Source: Chrysomallon squamiferum (Eukaryota; Animalia; Mollusca). Taken from it: 64,000 nt of DNA. The position numbers and the translations under genes are program-made. Below, piece after piece: positions 28,289-43,050 of the stretch; position 1 is the first letter of the stretch; every line of letters begins with the position of its first letter. The stretch is from assembly GCA_012295275.1 (NCBI GenBank), contig CM022679.1:31372001-31436000 (forward strand), in the 5' to 3' direction. The notes under the pieces are model-generated. The model did not search any database. It was not told where the DNA came from and was given only the letters and a program-made list of their open reading frames with translations.

Positions 28289-31200
28289 GTTATTGAAATT
28301 CTTTTTCAGTTGTGACAATAATATAAAATTTATAATGTAGAATTTCATTTTTCCTTTCTTCTTTTTTTTTACTTGGACATCATAGCTTAAATTCTTAATT
28401 CATTTTATTTATGTTAGTTAATTATCAGTGGAATTAGTTAAAGTTTAAACACTTAGAAATTATCACAGTGTACATTGCAGTGATTTAATTAACAAAGTTT
28501 ACTTGTTCAGGTGGATACCAAACTGTGCGAAGGTGTTTCAAGACAAGAAGGAACTATGGCAACACCTTGTACCACCCAATGACACTGACTCCACTGAGCA
28601 TGTTGAGGAGTTTTTCTCTTCTGTAGCTGCTCTCATGTCTATCCAGCTGCGAAGCATGGTGATCAACTCTCTGTCAGACTTCTTACAGTTCTTCCAGATT
28701 CACGAGGTTTGAAATAAATCTGTCTCTTTGTCAATTTGTCTGTTTTTTTTTTTTACTTTGTTTGTTTGTTTGTCTGTCTCTCTCTCTCTCTTTTTCTCAG
28801 TAGTTTTTTTTCTTTCTGTAGTTGTATTGAGTTCTATCAGTCCATCTATATGTGTTTTGTCTGTCAGTTACTTTGTATCTGTGTGCCTGCTTTTCTTTTT
28901 CTCTCTGTCTGTTTTGTTGGCCTCTCTATTTTTCTATTCATCTGTCTGAATATCTGTCAGTCTATGTTTTGATTAACACAGAACAGTACAGAAACAAATA
29001 AACATACATATTATGGCACCATATATGCACAGTACTCACAAAAAACAAAAAACAAACAAACAACAAAATGAGAAAATGTAATATACAAAAAAAAAGATAG
29101 ATATATAACAAGATTGTTTTTAACTAATTTTTTGAAGGTTTATATAAGTTATGTGTTTTATTTCAGGCTGGAAATGATTTTGGAGATGAGTTTGATGAAC
29201 TGCAGTATGTCATGCCACAAGTGATGATCATCAAACTTAGAGTCGAGGATCCCAAGATCATTTTTGATCCACCATTTCGGGATATTCGAGACATCATTCT
29301 GCGATGTTTCTCAGAGATTATTGCCAGTGGAGATGGCTTGACTAGGGTGTGTATTAACTGTACATTTATTTATTAACATTACAGAGGTAGTCTCAACTCT
29401 AATTAAATTACACTCGAATACTACCTTTGTTATTTCCAGAGCAAAACAAGAAAATTGATTAATTAAGACATATAATGAAAATATTATTATTATATATATT
29501 TTTTTTTTTTTTTTTCATAAAAACAAATATGACTTTGATCTAACATTTTTTTTTCCTTCAGGTCGAGTGTGAACTGTTCCCTGACATGAGAGGGCAGCGA
29601 TTGTTACTGCGGTCAGTGAAGATTCAGGAGTCATTGGTCACTCAGTTTGTGGACCAGGTCATGGAGATTTTCAAAAACAACACTGTTGGTCCCCAGAAGT
29701 ATGTGATATATTCTATATTTAGTCTTCAACAGTTCTTCTTTTTCATTATAAATCTTCCATAATACATATCCAATATTTTCAGATGTCGTTACACAAAATA
29801 TTGATTTTTAGTTATACTTCTACTTTTTATGTTTCCTTAAACATAACAATTTTATTTCAGATATCTGAACACATACAAGAAGTACTCTGACCTCCTCAAC
29901 AACAAAGCTGATCAAGATGTTTCTGCTTTTCTTCGTGAGAAACACTCAATTCAGGCCTTCAAAGAGGTGAGTTTTACTTACGCTTTCATTACTTGAATAC
30001 AACTACTAACATGTTTTCATGTGTTTTAACATTTTAAGATATTAACCTGATAATAAAAGCTATATTTGTCTATTTTATTGTTATAAATAGTGTTAGAGAC
30101 TGAAATTCTAACATTGTACACTTTGTGTACATACTCTTGCAGCAAATATTTATTCCTTCTGTATATTCTTTATAGACTGTACCAAATGTACAGATATCTT
30201 ATCAGGAGACATTTGATTTTTGAAGTGACAAATTGATGCTAATAAAGAACATTCTTCATAATTGAGCATTAATTAATAATTATATCTAGGATATGGAATG
30301 AAATCAGATTATATATGTGCTAATTATTTTGAATGGCATTTCTTTACTTGATAGAAAAAGAAAAAAGTGTTTAGAAAATGGGCCAAGGTATTTTTTTATA
30401 TTGTAAAACATGGGCTTTACCATGATGATATTGTTACACAAACACATTGTTGTAAAACGTCCATTAGACACAAATATTACTGTATCCAATTACAAAATAT
30501 TTTCATAAATAATAATCCAGGACAACATTTTTAATGCAAATATTTCTAATACATAATTAAATATGTAAATTAGCTAAAATACATCTGTGCATCAACTATA
30601 TGGTTTAAATAAATTTGTTATATCTCAGTGTAATTTATTTATAACTAGAGTTCATCCTTTCTTAACAATAAAGTTAAAATCTGATGAAGTCTGACAAAAT
30701 CTGGTTTGAATGAGCAAGTGATTCTGATTGTAGAAATGATTAAAGTTAAAGGGAAAAGATGATTGGTAATGTAAATATCAGTCACATATTTTAAAAAAAG
30801 TTCTATATAACATGCTAAGATATATCTGTAAACCTTTTTATTAAATTATTATTATTATTTTTATTGTTGTTGCTTTAAGATGGCATTTATGAGTGAGTGA
30901 ATGAATATATATATAGAGAGAAATTTGTTTAAAAATGAGCACATTAAAAAGCAGTAAAACTGTTGGAATGTTTTCTATAGTTGTAAAAAGATCTTAACCC
31001 CTTAGCTCCTTAACTTACATTTGTACATGTTATTCTTTTTGTTCCATTAATTAAATTGCCTACATGGCTTTCCATAATTCATGAAGAACTTTGATTTTCT
31101 TTAGATTTTTAATATCTTTCTCTCACATTAATCTTTGATTATTAGATTTTCCATAAGGTGAGAAAGTGTTTCTTTTTTTATGAGACATCTGACTTATTGT

Positions 31201-31610
31201 TTTAAATCAAAAACAATTTTTTTTGTCTTTTTGGCTATACATGGCATTTTGTTTAAAAATTATTTAAGAAAGATATTTTTTTTTTTATCTGATCTTTAGT
31301 AAACTTTAATTTTATTTTTAATTTTTTTCACTTGATATGTCACTTTAGAAATTAAAAAATTGATCACATAAGAAACACTTAAAAACTGAATGTATTGTCA
31401 CAAATATCACATGAAATTTAGTTCACTGATAAAGTAGTGTTTTCACAAGAAATGTGAATCTATTTAATTTATTTTTGCCCCATTGTTGATTATCTTGTAT
31501 GATATTTTTTCTAATTTTTTTTTTATTTTAACTGTCTTGCTATTTAATTTTTTTTGCTATATCTTTATGCCAGCATATGTGTATATCAGTGTGTATTTGT
31601 ATGTGTACCA

Positions 31611-31654
<44 letters not shown>

Positions 31655-31729
31655 ATGCATGTGTCACTGTGTGTGTGTGTGTGTGTGCATGTTTCTGTAT
31701 AAATGTGTGAAGCAAGTGTATTTACTTAC

Positions 31730-31765
<36 letters not shown>

Positions 31766-33787
31766 TTTATTATTGTTATTATTATTATTATTTTATTATT
31801 AGTAGTAATATAAATATTTTTGATACGTATTGATCTGAAGTAACTAGTCTGCTCTTTCAAGCATATAAAACCAACTGTTTTCTGTTTAGTAAATAATATA
31901 TTAACAAAGAATATTTAATAGTTTACATATTATTGTTATGTGTAACTCAGGCAGAATGGTTGTGGTAAGTACTAAGCAGAATAATGAGGTGCCTGTTTTT
32001 AATATAGACAATGTATTGATGAAAATAAAGTAATAAATAAACATGTTTGTTTCTTTGAGTGTGTGTGTGTGTGTGTGTGTGTTTGTGTAAACACACATGT
32101 ATGTGTATGTTTATATTATCTGGGTGTGTTTATGTCTATTTATTATAGGATAAATCATTTTAATCTTTTATTTATAATTTTTTCATCTTACTTATACAAC
32201 AGAAAAATATAAAAACTTACAGTTTCATTTGTATATTTATCTGCTTTTTAAATAAATTATGCTTACCTTCTGGCATCATAGACAAATACTGTATATACAA
32301 ATTAATACTTGTAACATAATTTTCTCTTTTTTAAATATTTCATTACATATTTACAACATACTTCATTGTTTACACTTCACGGCATTAGTATGTATTTTTA
32401 TCAATGCCTTTTTAAAAAAAATAACAAAATAAGAATTCATAGATAAGTACAGAAATAATTAAATCTATGTATATATGTATCTATATCTTATATTATAATA
32501 AGAGACAAATTTAATTACTTACAGAAAATCACTTCGCTGAATGACTTGAGGGATGAGATAGCACTGTTACGTATCACTGTACCACTCAGTATGTACTGCC
32601 TCGACTGTGACAGCCTCAATGTGGAGCTGTGTCAGCGAACAAACAAACTCAGAGAGAGGCTTGTCACATTCTCCATGGACGAGAATCGCGAACTCAACCG
32701 AGGGTAGATTGCTGTTTTTTTATTTTTATCTGTCTGTACACAAATATTTAAAAATTTATTTTAACTTTCATGGTACAATAGATATGTGAAAAGTAATATG
32801 CTTCAAAACCATATTCTGTTGTTTAGAATCTGCAAGAAATACGATGAGATGGCAGACAAAGTGAGTGAGATTCCAGAAAACACCAAAGATCTTGTGGAAA
32901 TACAGGAATTTCTCAAACAGGTTAGCACATTCCAAACTTTTTTTTTTGAAATACTTGAATATTTATGGAATATTTTCACCTCTTCTGAATTCCATAAAGA
33001 ACATTGTTAAAAGCTGCAAATAAAACATTATTAAATTAAATGCTAGGATGAATTTAGATTCACTGAGTTAAATGTTTGTGAACACCAGTCTTTGGTGATA
33101 ATAAAATCTGATACATAATGATAATAATAATAATTTTTTTTAAATTTAAAATTTAAAATGAAGATAGAAAATATTCCCTGATACTCAGAAAACATGGTAG
33201 CTGGCAATGCTGCATTTGGTTTAGCAGAAATACTAATTAAGTGAGAAAGTGTTATCTGTCCTCGTATTTTGTTTTCTTACTGAATTATTTTCAAAATTGA
33301 TATTTTTATCGTGGTTTATTTGTATACGTAACTGTTTAGCTGGATGTTTTAGTTCTTATTACTATTTTATTTGTATTTATTTCTGTATTTATTCATTTAT
33401 TTATTCTAGTCAATGGAAGTCACAGTGTACAAACTACTAGATGAGATTGATGAAGCTGCCAACAGACTGATGTTCCTCTTAGACTACGCCATCTTTCCTT
33501 GTAAGTTCATTCTCCATTAAATATCTTCAATTCTTTTTCCTTCTTATTTATTACCATTTTTTTTTTTTAAATATATTTTTATTTATTTTATTTTAAAGTT
33601 AATTTTTCCCTTTCTTTTTTAAATTTTTTTTATGGTTTTGTATTTTAAGATAATGTTTATTTAATATTTAAATTTTTCTAAAATTTTAGCTGTTTTTAAA
33701 AAGAAAAGGCATTTATAATGATATTAGTTTTATTTCAGATTTTTATTTTATTTCATTTTATTTTGTATTATTTTATTTTTTATTTTT

Positions 33788-33818
<31 letters not shown>

Positions 33819-34142
33819 TTTGGTGTGGATTTCTTTTATAAATGTTCCTTTCTTTGTGTCTTTGTTTTCTCTCCCCTCTGCACCCAGTTTGTCTGAATAC
33901 TGAGTGCTGACAGCACTGTGTTTTTATTTTATTGTTTGTTTCACTCTCCAGTGGTTTGCACCACACACGGGCTTCACTGCCCTACCGATGTGTCAGATCA
34001 CACCAAAGCTTTGTGTGTGAAACAGGGTAAACTCCTACTGTAGACTAGTGTAGATTATATACCACAGTAGATGCTTGTCAGTTTGGTAACATTCAGCTGA
34101 TATTGAACATCAAGTTATTAATTTTGATGTGTGAATTTTTTC

Positions 34143-34173
<31 letters not shown>

Positions 34174-34380
34174 AATATAGATATATAAGTTAACCATCTT
34201 TTTGTTTTCTTATTTTTTAATCTAAATAATTTTTAGTGAATTTTTTAAATATATTGAAAGTAACTTCATTTGAATTTTTTTATTTTATTTTAATAGACAA
34301 AATAATGAATATTATAATATGTAGATAGAAAAAACATTTTTTTTTTTATTTTACTTTAACAGACAACATTTATTTTTTTA

Positions 34381-34412
<32 letters not shown>

Positions 34413-37400
34413 GTTACTTCTTTTTTTATTTATTTATATATATTTTCTTGTTTGTTATTGTATCATTAGTTTAGAATATATAATTTTGAAATCACTGGTT
34501 TTGTTGCTAGGAGTTAAAGGTTTTTTTTTTTTTTTTTTTGGTTGTTTGTCTTTTTTTATTTATTTATATATATATTAATAACAGTAGCTAGGAGTGTTTG
34601 TGTTTGTTTTAGTTTTTGGGCTGTTTGCTGTGATGCAGAGTAGGTTGCTTTGATGTATTTATTTTGTGATACCGGTTTTATTTTTCGATATGTATACATA
34701 TATACATATATACATATAGTTAATGTAGGTGGTTTCATACTTTGATTTAAAAAAAATAATAATTAATTAAAATTAATCATATTTTTGAAAGAAAACAAAA
34801 ATGTTTTTACATTACACCGAAACATCTTTTGCAAGCATTTTTAAATTTTTTTCATGTATTGCTATTGTTTTTAATTTATTTATTTGGTATTTAAACAAAA
34901 AAAAAAAAGAAAAGAAAAAAGATACCAACAATTAAATAATAAATATCTAGAAAAACACTGAAATGAAAATGTGTAATTAATTCATCTCTCCCCCATGTCA
35001 TATTAGCTACTTTAAAATTTTATATAATTGTATATATTTATTTTTGAGTTTCTTTTCATGTGGGGTCTGTCGGTGGTTTGTCTGTCCATCTGTCTGGCTG
35101 ATTACCTGTCCTTCTGTATATCTGTTTACATGTTTCTTCAAACCTTTTATATAGATATATATGTATATATATATTTTTATATTTATTTATTTTTTTTTTT
35201 TTTTTACCTAGCTACTATCAAGCCCTACTGTACATGAACATAATTTATTTGCATTATTAGTTACAACTGCTTGCCTGTCATAACACACCACTGCATTTAC
35301 ATCCATTAGGGAATATTCCGTGTGGAACTGGGTGTTTTATTACTACATCTTTACCTCTTCCAGTTGACGACATCAAACTCAACAGCACTGTGTTCCACTG
35401 GCCGGAGCACATCCACACAGTGTTTGACACCAGTCAGAGCCGCATCATGAGCAAACGAGAACACATCGAGGACGATCTCAGAAAGAGAATCAATGCATTT
35501 GAAGACCAGCTGAACAGCTACATGAAAGAAGTGGAATCTTTCAGAAAGAAAGAGGTAAAAAGAAACGTTGATTGCACTGACGTTAACTTTTGTTTAACCC
35601 ATAAGCTGGCACACATATTCTGCCCAGACAAACCCAGTTCATTCAGTTGAAGAAAAATAGTTTATTGATGGGAGCCATTATCAGATAGTTTTGTGATAAG
35701 AAAAAAAATGACAAGCAACGGGGTTAACACAAACCCCCACGTAAGGGTTAAGATTAATTTTTAGACAGACAGTACTTTAGTCTTTGTCTGGTTTGTATTT
35801 TAATTGCAATTGTTCTTGACTGCATTAAAAATCACATGTTTTTATTTCTGAATTTATTTCCTGTTCTGATCGGTGCTCCCTGACTGGTTTATCAACAGAT
35901 ATAATATATACTTTACTGTCTGTTAGAAGATTAACATTTTTCTCTATCTATATATCTACATAACTACCTATCTACCTATCTATCCCTCTATCTAGAACTA
36001 CATTTATTAACTAACTAACTAACTGATTAAACGCCCATGAATGGATGAAAAAATCATTATAACAAAACAAAACAAAAACAAATCAACCAGTGACTTCATC
36101 ATTCATGATTATTTTGGTGGTTAATACTAAATAAATGACTGTTTGATCTGACTTTAACTAAGAAAGAATACAAAATGTTGTAGCAGCTGAGAAGGTCACA
36201 GTGTAATGTGTGTGTTACTGTTTCAGTTTTTGAGTGCAGATGAGATGAAGTCCAATGTGGATCAACTGGCACAGCTACACGTGAATCTGGAGAAGGCGCG
36301 TGATGACTTGGAAGGAATTAACGAAGAGGAGACTTTACTTGGCTGGGAGACGAGCAGCTTCCCTCAGCTGCAGCAGATGTTCATCATGAAAGATCCATAT
36401 GACAAACTGTGGAACACAGCATACAACTTCCATCTCAAACACGACCAGTGGCTCAATGGTTAGTGTGCACTCATAACAAAAAAAACCCAGCATAGATACA
36501 CACATGTTAAAAACCAGTATAAAATGCTTAGTATATACATGTCAATAACCAGTGTAGAACACATACTTATTGTAAACTGTGTTGTACTTAGTAAACACAT
36601 ATGTGGAAAAGCAGCATAGTCGGTTTATATTATATTATATATAGATAAAGCTATAGATATAGAATATATATATAGATATAGATACAGATATATGAATATA
36701 TTGTTTGTGTATAATATTATACGTCATAAAAAGAAACAACTGTTAAAATAATTCATAAGTAGACCAGATATAATTACAGTCTCACATCTACATTATTAAC
36801 TATAGACATTTTTTTTTTTTTCAAATATGAAGAGTAGTAAATATGTTGATTTAAAAGTGTCTTATTTTTCCAAACAGGTCCGTTTGTGAATCTGAATGCA
36901 GAGGAGATAGATTCCGAGGTCACTGACATGTGGAGAGTGATGTACAAACTGACCAAGACTTTCAGTGACCAGCCTGGTCCAAGGAGAATTGCAGACAGCA
37001 TCAAAGGGAAGATTGACAAGTTCAAAGTTCACCTGCCCATCTTACACACCATCTGTAATCCTGGCATTAGAGATCGTCACTGGGAGTCGGTAAACAGGAT
37101 TTTCTCATTCATTTCACTAATTAACTGCAGCCCATGCATGTTGTTATGTTTTAATTACTATTACATAAACCCCAGAAGTATTAAACAGACGAGCAACAAA
37201 ATAGAACTATCTATTTATAAATCTTCTTAATTTATGTTGAAGAAGAATGTTTTTATAAGCAACGTGGATTAAAGCATTAAACTTTTTAAAAAATCACAAA
37301 GTACAAAAAGATAATTCCCTAAACATAAATAAAGCATTATCTATAATTACATGGATTAAAGCATTAAACTTTTTAAAAAATCACAAAGTACAAAAAGATA

Positions 37401-40400
37401 ATTCCCTAAACATAAATAAAGAATTATCTATAATAATTTTCACTTGGTTGTCATACACACTTACTTTGAATCAAACCTAGTTATACGTTACTCAGAAACA
37501 TGAGTGTGTCACTCATGCTAACTTGCACATAAGGATGTATATTACACTTTTATTTATAGTAACAGATGTATGCATGTATATCTAATATTTTCCTAAATGT
37601 TTACTACATAATGTTTGTATGATTTCAGATGAGCGACATTGTTGGTTTTGACATCAAACCAGATGAAGAATCGTCACTCTTCCAGATGTTGGAGTACGGC
37701 TTAAACAAACACCTGCCTCAGTGAGTATAGTAATCATGATTCACATCATCATCATCATCAACAACAACAACAACAACAACAATAACATCATCTTCTTCAA
37801 ATTCAGACATGGATTCCTGAACCTAATCAAAATGATTTTCTATTTTTCAGATAAAACACATTAGAACATTTGAATCACCAATACTTTATTTGTGACATAG
37901 GAATCCTTTTATTTTTATAAATTTTGAAGTAGTTTTTATTAAAACAGTGCCATAATAATCTGTTTTATGATTAGATTCACATTTTTGTTACTGGCAACAG
38001 TGTGATGGTCATGTTGATTAATTTGCTGATGTTTGTTCCAGACTGGAGGAGATTGGTGCTGCAGCTGCTAAAGAACATTCACTGGAGAAAGCTCTGGAGA
38101 AGATGAAAATAGAATGGAAAGATCTCACCTTTGAAATGATCCCATACAGAGACACAGTAAGTGAAACATCCCTATATCTGTCTGTCTGTCTGTTACTTGT
38201 CTGCTCATTCATTTGAAAGTTTATCTATTTATCTCTCCATTTATATATATTTATTTATTTTACCTGCATTAGATATTTATCTCATACACTTTTAATCTCT
38301 CCACATATCCCTATTATTTTATCTACTGTTTCATCTGTAGATTCATTTATTTACTTATTTTTGGTTTTTTATCATCTGTCTATTTATGTATGATATATAT
38401 TAACATGTATTCTGTTACTGCAGGGTGTTGCCATCCTGTCGTCAGTGGATGACATACAAGTGTTGCTGGATGATCACATCGTCAAGGCTCAGACGATGCG
38501 TGGCTCGCCATTCATCAAACCATTCGAAACAGAGATGAAGGAATGGGAGGAGAAGCTTCTGCTGATGCAGGATATACTAGATGAATGGCTAAAGGTAAAA
38601 CCAAATGTTCAAATAATTTGTATAATAACTACATATTTATTCATGCTTGTTCGTGTGGGTTTCAGTTTGCACATATACACATATACACATATAAATCAGA
38701 AAATATGAAATATTAATAAATTTCAAAATATTAAATTTCACGGAACTAACTTCAAAAAAATTAATTAAGATAAAATTAAGTTACCCTCCATATTAATTCT
38801 AGGTTTTAATCATTCATTACCACATAACAACCTCTGTTGTTTTGTAAACAAGTAATAAGTAATTAGTATGAATTTTAAATTTAAATTGGGACTAAAATCT
38901 TTATACTGAGATTGTGTTTAAGGTAGACAGTGAATGTTAACACTGCACTCAATTCTAAAAAAAAAACAAGATTTCAAAACTAATCGTATTAATCAACAGT
39001 GTCAAGCCACCTGGCTGTACCTGGAGCCGATTTTCAGTTCCGAGGACATCATGGCCCAGATGCCAGAGGAAGGCAGAAAGTTTGGGATTGTTGACAGTTA
39101 CTGGAGAGACATTATGACAGAAGCCACCAAGAACACAAACTGTCTGGTTGCAACAGCACAGCCCAACATGCTGGGAAGACTCAAAGAGGCCAATGTGTTG
39201 TTGGAAGAAATTCAGAAAGGACTCAATGCTTATCTGGAAAAGAAGAGACTATACTTCCCCAGGTATTTGATTATTAGAAAAATTTACAGTGTTCTTTTTT
39301 ACATAATATGAGAAAAAGCATGCAAATAAATATTTGTAATATGTGTATGAGTTTTAAAAAGTTATGCAAAAATTTCTTTTTTGATAACACTTATGATACA
39401 GTTGTTATGTTCTTTTTAATAAAAAGGAAAAAATCATGTCTGAATTTGTTTTCCTATATATAAAAGTGAAAATAAAGTACTGATACATCTTTAAAGTTTT
39501 CTTTATTATTTGTTTATAACACAGTAGATTATTAACTAAGTACATAATTACTTTTTTTTTTTTTTTTAAAACAACAGATTTTTCTTCCTGTCTAATGATG
39601 AGCTGTTGGAGATTCTGTCTGAAACGAAAGATCCTATGAGAGTTCAGCCTCATCTGAAGAAATGTTTTGAAGGAATCGCCAAACTAGAGTTCACAGAGGC
39701 ACAGGAGATTGTTGGTATGATTTCTGCAGAGAATGAGGTGGTGCCGTATTCAACAAAAATTATTCCTGCCAAGGCAAAGGTACAGAACTTAAATGACCTA
39801 AAATATAATATTATATAATAAGAAGTGATAATTAAATGACATGCAATATAATTTTATTTGTAGAATCATGTTGCTGTCAATTTAAGGGGCATAAAATGAT
39901 AATAATAGATTTAAATGTTATTATCACAGCTGTAAAAAAGCAGTTATACATTAACAAGAGCAACATTAGTATGGTTGTAGTAAAAGTAATAGAACAGTGA
40001 TCCTATTGTATAGGATGAGGTGAATCCTTATTTCATTAAAATTAACCCTGCCAAAGTAAAGAAGTAAATTTAAATAACATACGTCATAATATTATTTACA
40101 GATGTCAGTTTGTTTGTTGTAAAATAATGGTTAATTTTATGAAAGTAAAAACAGTCTTTAGTATAATTGTTTATTGATATAATGATAGTGTGTGTGTTTG
40201 TGTGTGTGTGTGTGTGTCTGTATGTATGTGTATACGTATTAGTAATAGTAGATGTAGCAGTTTCTGCATCAAAAATAGTGACTGTATGTATGTCTGTGTC
40301 TGCCTGTGTCTGTGTGAGTATGTCTGTGTGTGTGTGTGACTGTGTGTGTGTTGTGTGTGTGTGTCTGGGTGTGTCTGGGTGTGTCTGGGTGTGGAGTATA

Positions 40401-43008
40401 TATATGGGGGATGTCATAGTAGTTATTATCTAGAAATGGTTACATGTTGTTATACATACATACATATTTTTTAACAGGGCATGGTTGAGAAGTGGTTGTT
40501 ACAGGTGGAGGACGTCATGATCAGTAGTGTCCGCAAGGTTATCATTGACTCTATCGCCGCTTACAAAGAAACACCTCGGAAACGCTGGGTCATTGAGTGG
40601 CCTGGCCAAGTTACTCTGTGTGTCAGTAGTATCTTCTGGACCACCGAGGTCGTTGAGGCGATGAAAACAGAGGATGGAATGAGAGTAAGTTTGAACAAAC
40701 ATAACTTACATTATTGTTATAGTTGTTGTTATTATTATTATTATTGTTGTTGTTATTGTTATTGTTATTGTTATTGTTATTGTTGTTGTTGTTGTTATTG
40801 TTATTGTTATTATTATTATTGTAATTCCTACTGTTATTATTATTGTTATTGTTACTGTTATTATTATCATTATTGTTATTCTTATTGTTATTATTATTAC
40901 TGTTATTATTATTGTTATTGTTATTATTATTATTATTGTTACTGTTATTATTATTATTATTTTAAATGTTACTGTTATTATTATTATTACTATTATTATT
41001 ATTATTATTATTGTAATTATTACTGTTACTATTATTATTATAGTTATCATTATTATTAGTATTTCATCTTGAAACAGATTTTTTTTTTCTGTAAACTTAA
41101 TTTATAATAAACATCAGATTGGATGATGTATGCTGTCTGCAAACTAATGCTATCTCAATATTTGTTATTTCTTTCACTGAATACTGAATTTTATTACAGA
41201 AATATATGGAGATCAGCAATCAACAGATTGAGGAGATTGTTGAACTTGTGCGAGGGAAATTGGAGAGCGGAGCCAGGATCACCCTTGGGGCCCTTACTGT
41301 TATTGACGTCCACGGTAAGAAAAAAATAATTCTGTTTTTGAAATGTATTTGTTTATCATAATTAGTGGTATTCTTAGATATTTTAAAAATTTAGTTTTTT
41401 TAATTAATCTTTTAAAATGTATTTCCTATAAGCTATTTTCTATGGCAGATACATTTTTATATGTATATAAAAGTGTAACACATTTAATCTTTCTTTTTCT
41501 TTTCTTTTTTTAATTTTTTTTTTTAAACGTATAATTTCTTTCATTTGGAAATATGAACCTTTTATAATTAAAATAATTAAACTGTTATTTTTGTTTTTTC
41601 AGCTCGTGACACTGTGGTCAGCCTGGTTAGGGACAATGTCCGAAGTCCACTGTCCTTTGATTGGCTGGCTCAGCTGCGTTACTACTGGGAGGATGATGTC
41701 ATCGTGAGGATGATCACCACTGATATACACTACGGCTACGAGTACCTTGGTAACACACCCCGTTTAGTCATCACTCCCCTCACTGACAGGTGTTACAGGT
41801 AAAGTGCTACCATTCTTTGCTAATAATAAAGTATAACAAAATTAGCATGCTCTCAATATGGAGGCTATTTAATATTTTTATTATAATTTCATTCAGTCAG
41901 ATTATATAACTTTAGTATGAATTTTTATTTACAAATAATAAGTGAACTCTTTAATAGATATCTTTCAGAACTGACATTAATCAGAAGTTAAGAGACAGAC
42001 CCAGAACAAAACATTAAAAAACTAAAATAATAATAATAATATAGATAAATGTATAGATAGATATTTGTTTATTTATGATTTGTTATTCTGGGATTGACTC
42101 ACAGAAACTTCTCATTAAAGTCAAGTTCTAGCTACATATATCCTAAAACCAAGGTAACAACCACCATCTTACTTTAAAAAATTATAATTAACATTTGTTT
42201 ACAGAACATTAATGGGAGCACTTAAACTGAATCTTGGAGGAGCTCCTGAAGGGCCAGCTGGAACAGGAAAAACAGAGACCTGCAAAGATCTGGCCAAAGC
42301 AGTAGCTAAACAGTGTGTTGTGTTTAACTGTTCAGACGGTCTGGACTTCAAAGCTATGGGAAAGTTCTTCAAAGGTCTGGCACAGGCTGGTGCCTGGGCA
42401 TGTTTTGACGAGTTCAACAGGATTGAGCTGGAGGTGTTGTCTGTGGTCGCTCAGCAGATTCAGAGCATTCAGACTGCCATTGCAGCCAATCTAAAGCGAT
42501 TTATGTTTGAAGGGACAGAACTCTCGCTCAACCCAACGTGCACCATTTTCATCACCATGAACCCAGGGTATGCCGGAAGACAGGAGCTGCCTGATAATTT
42601 AAAGGTTAAATATTTAGTTTTATAATTCAAAAATTTATTTCAGTGCCTTAAAGACACTTTTAGTGTAATACTTCATATATTTTGTTTTCTTCTTTTTTAA
42701 AAATTATTTTCTTATTGTTCTTGTTATTGAGATTTCTAATGTGGCAGACACAGTGTAACTTTATAGTTTATTTTGTATTTCAGGTGTTGTTCAGGACTGT
42801 GGCTATGATGGTTCCTGATTATGGCATGATTGGAGAAATTGTGCTCTACTCTGTTGGCTTTGTTGACGCTAGAAGGTAACATTAATATAAAAATATGTTA
42901 CTAATGGTTTTTTTCAAATTTCATGATTTTAGTAGCTTAAATATATTTATCAAAAAAAAATTAAAATCAGTAATGTGATGCTCTATTGTTTCATCTGTGT
43001 AAACTTTC

Positions 43009-43050
<42 letters not shown>

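Noticed and set aside
31951-31964. 14-nt segment cag|GCAGAATGGTTGTG|gtaagt
   Set aside because: Not a multiple of three, weak pyrimidine tract and no compensating partner; it shows that chance candidates do occur.
35212-35229. 18-nt in-frame microexon candidate
   Set aside because: The donor ACT|gtacat is too weak to support a call without RNA data.
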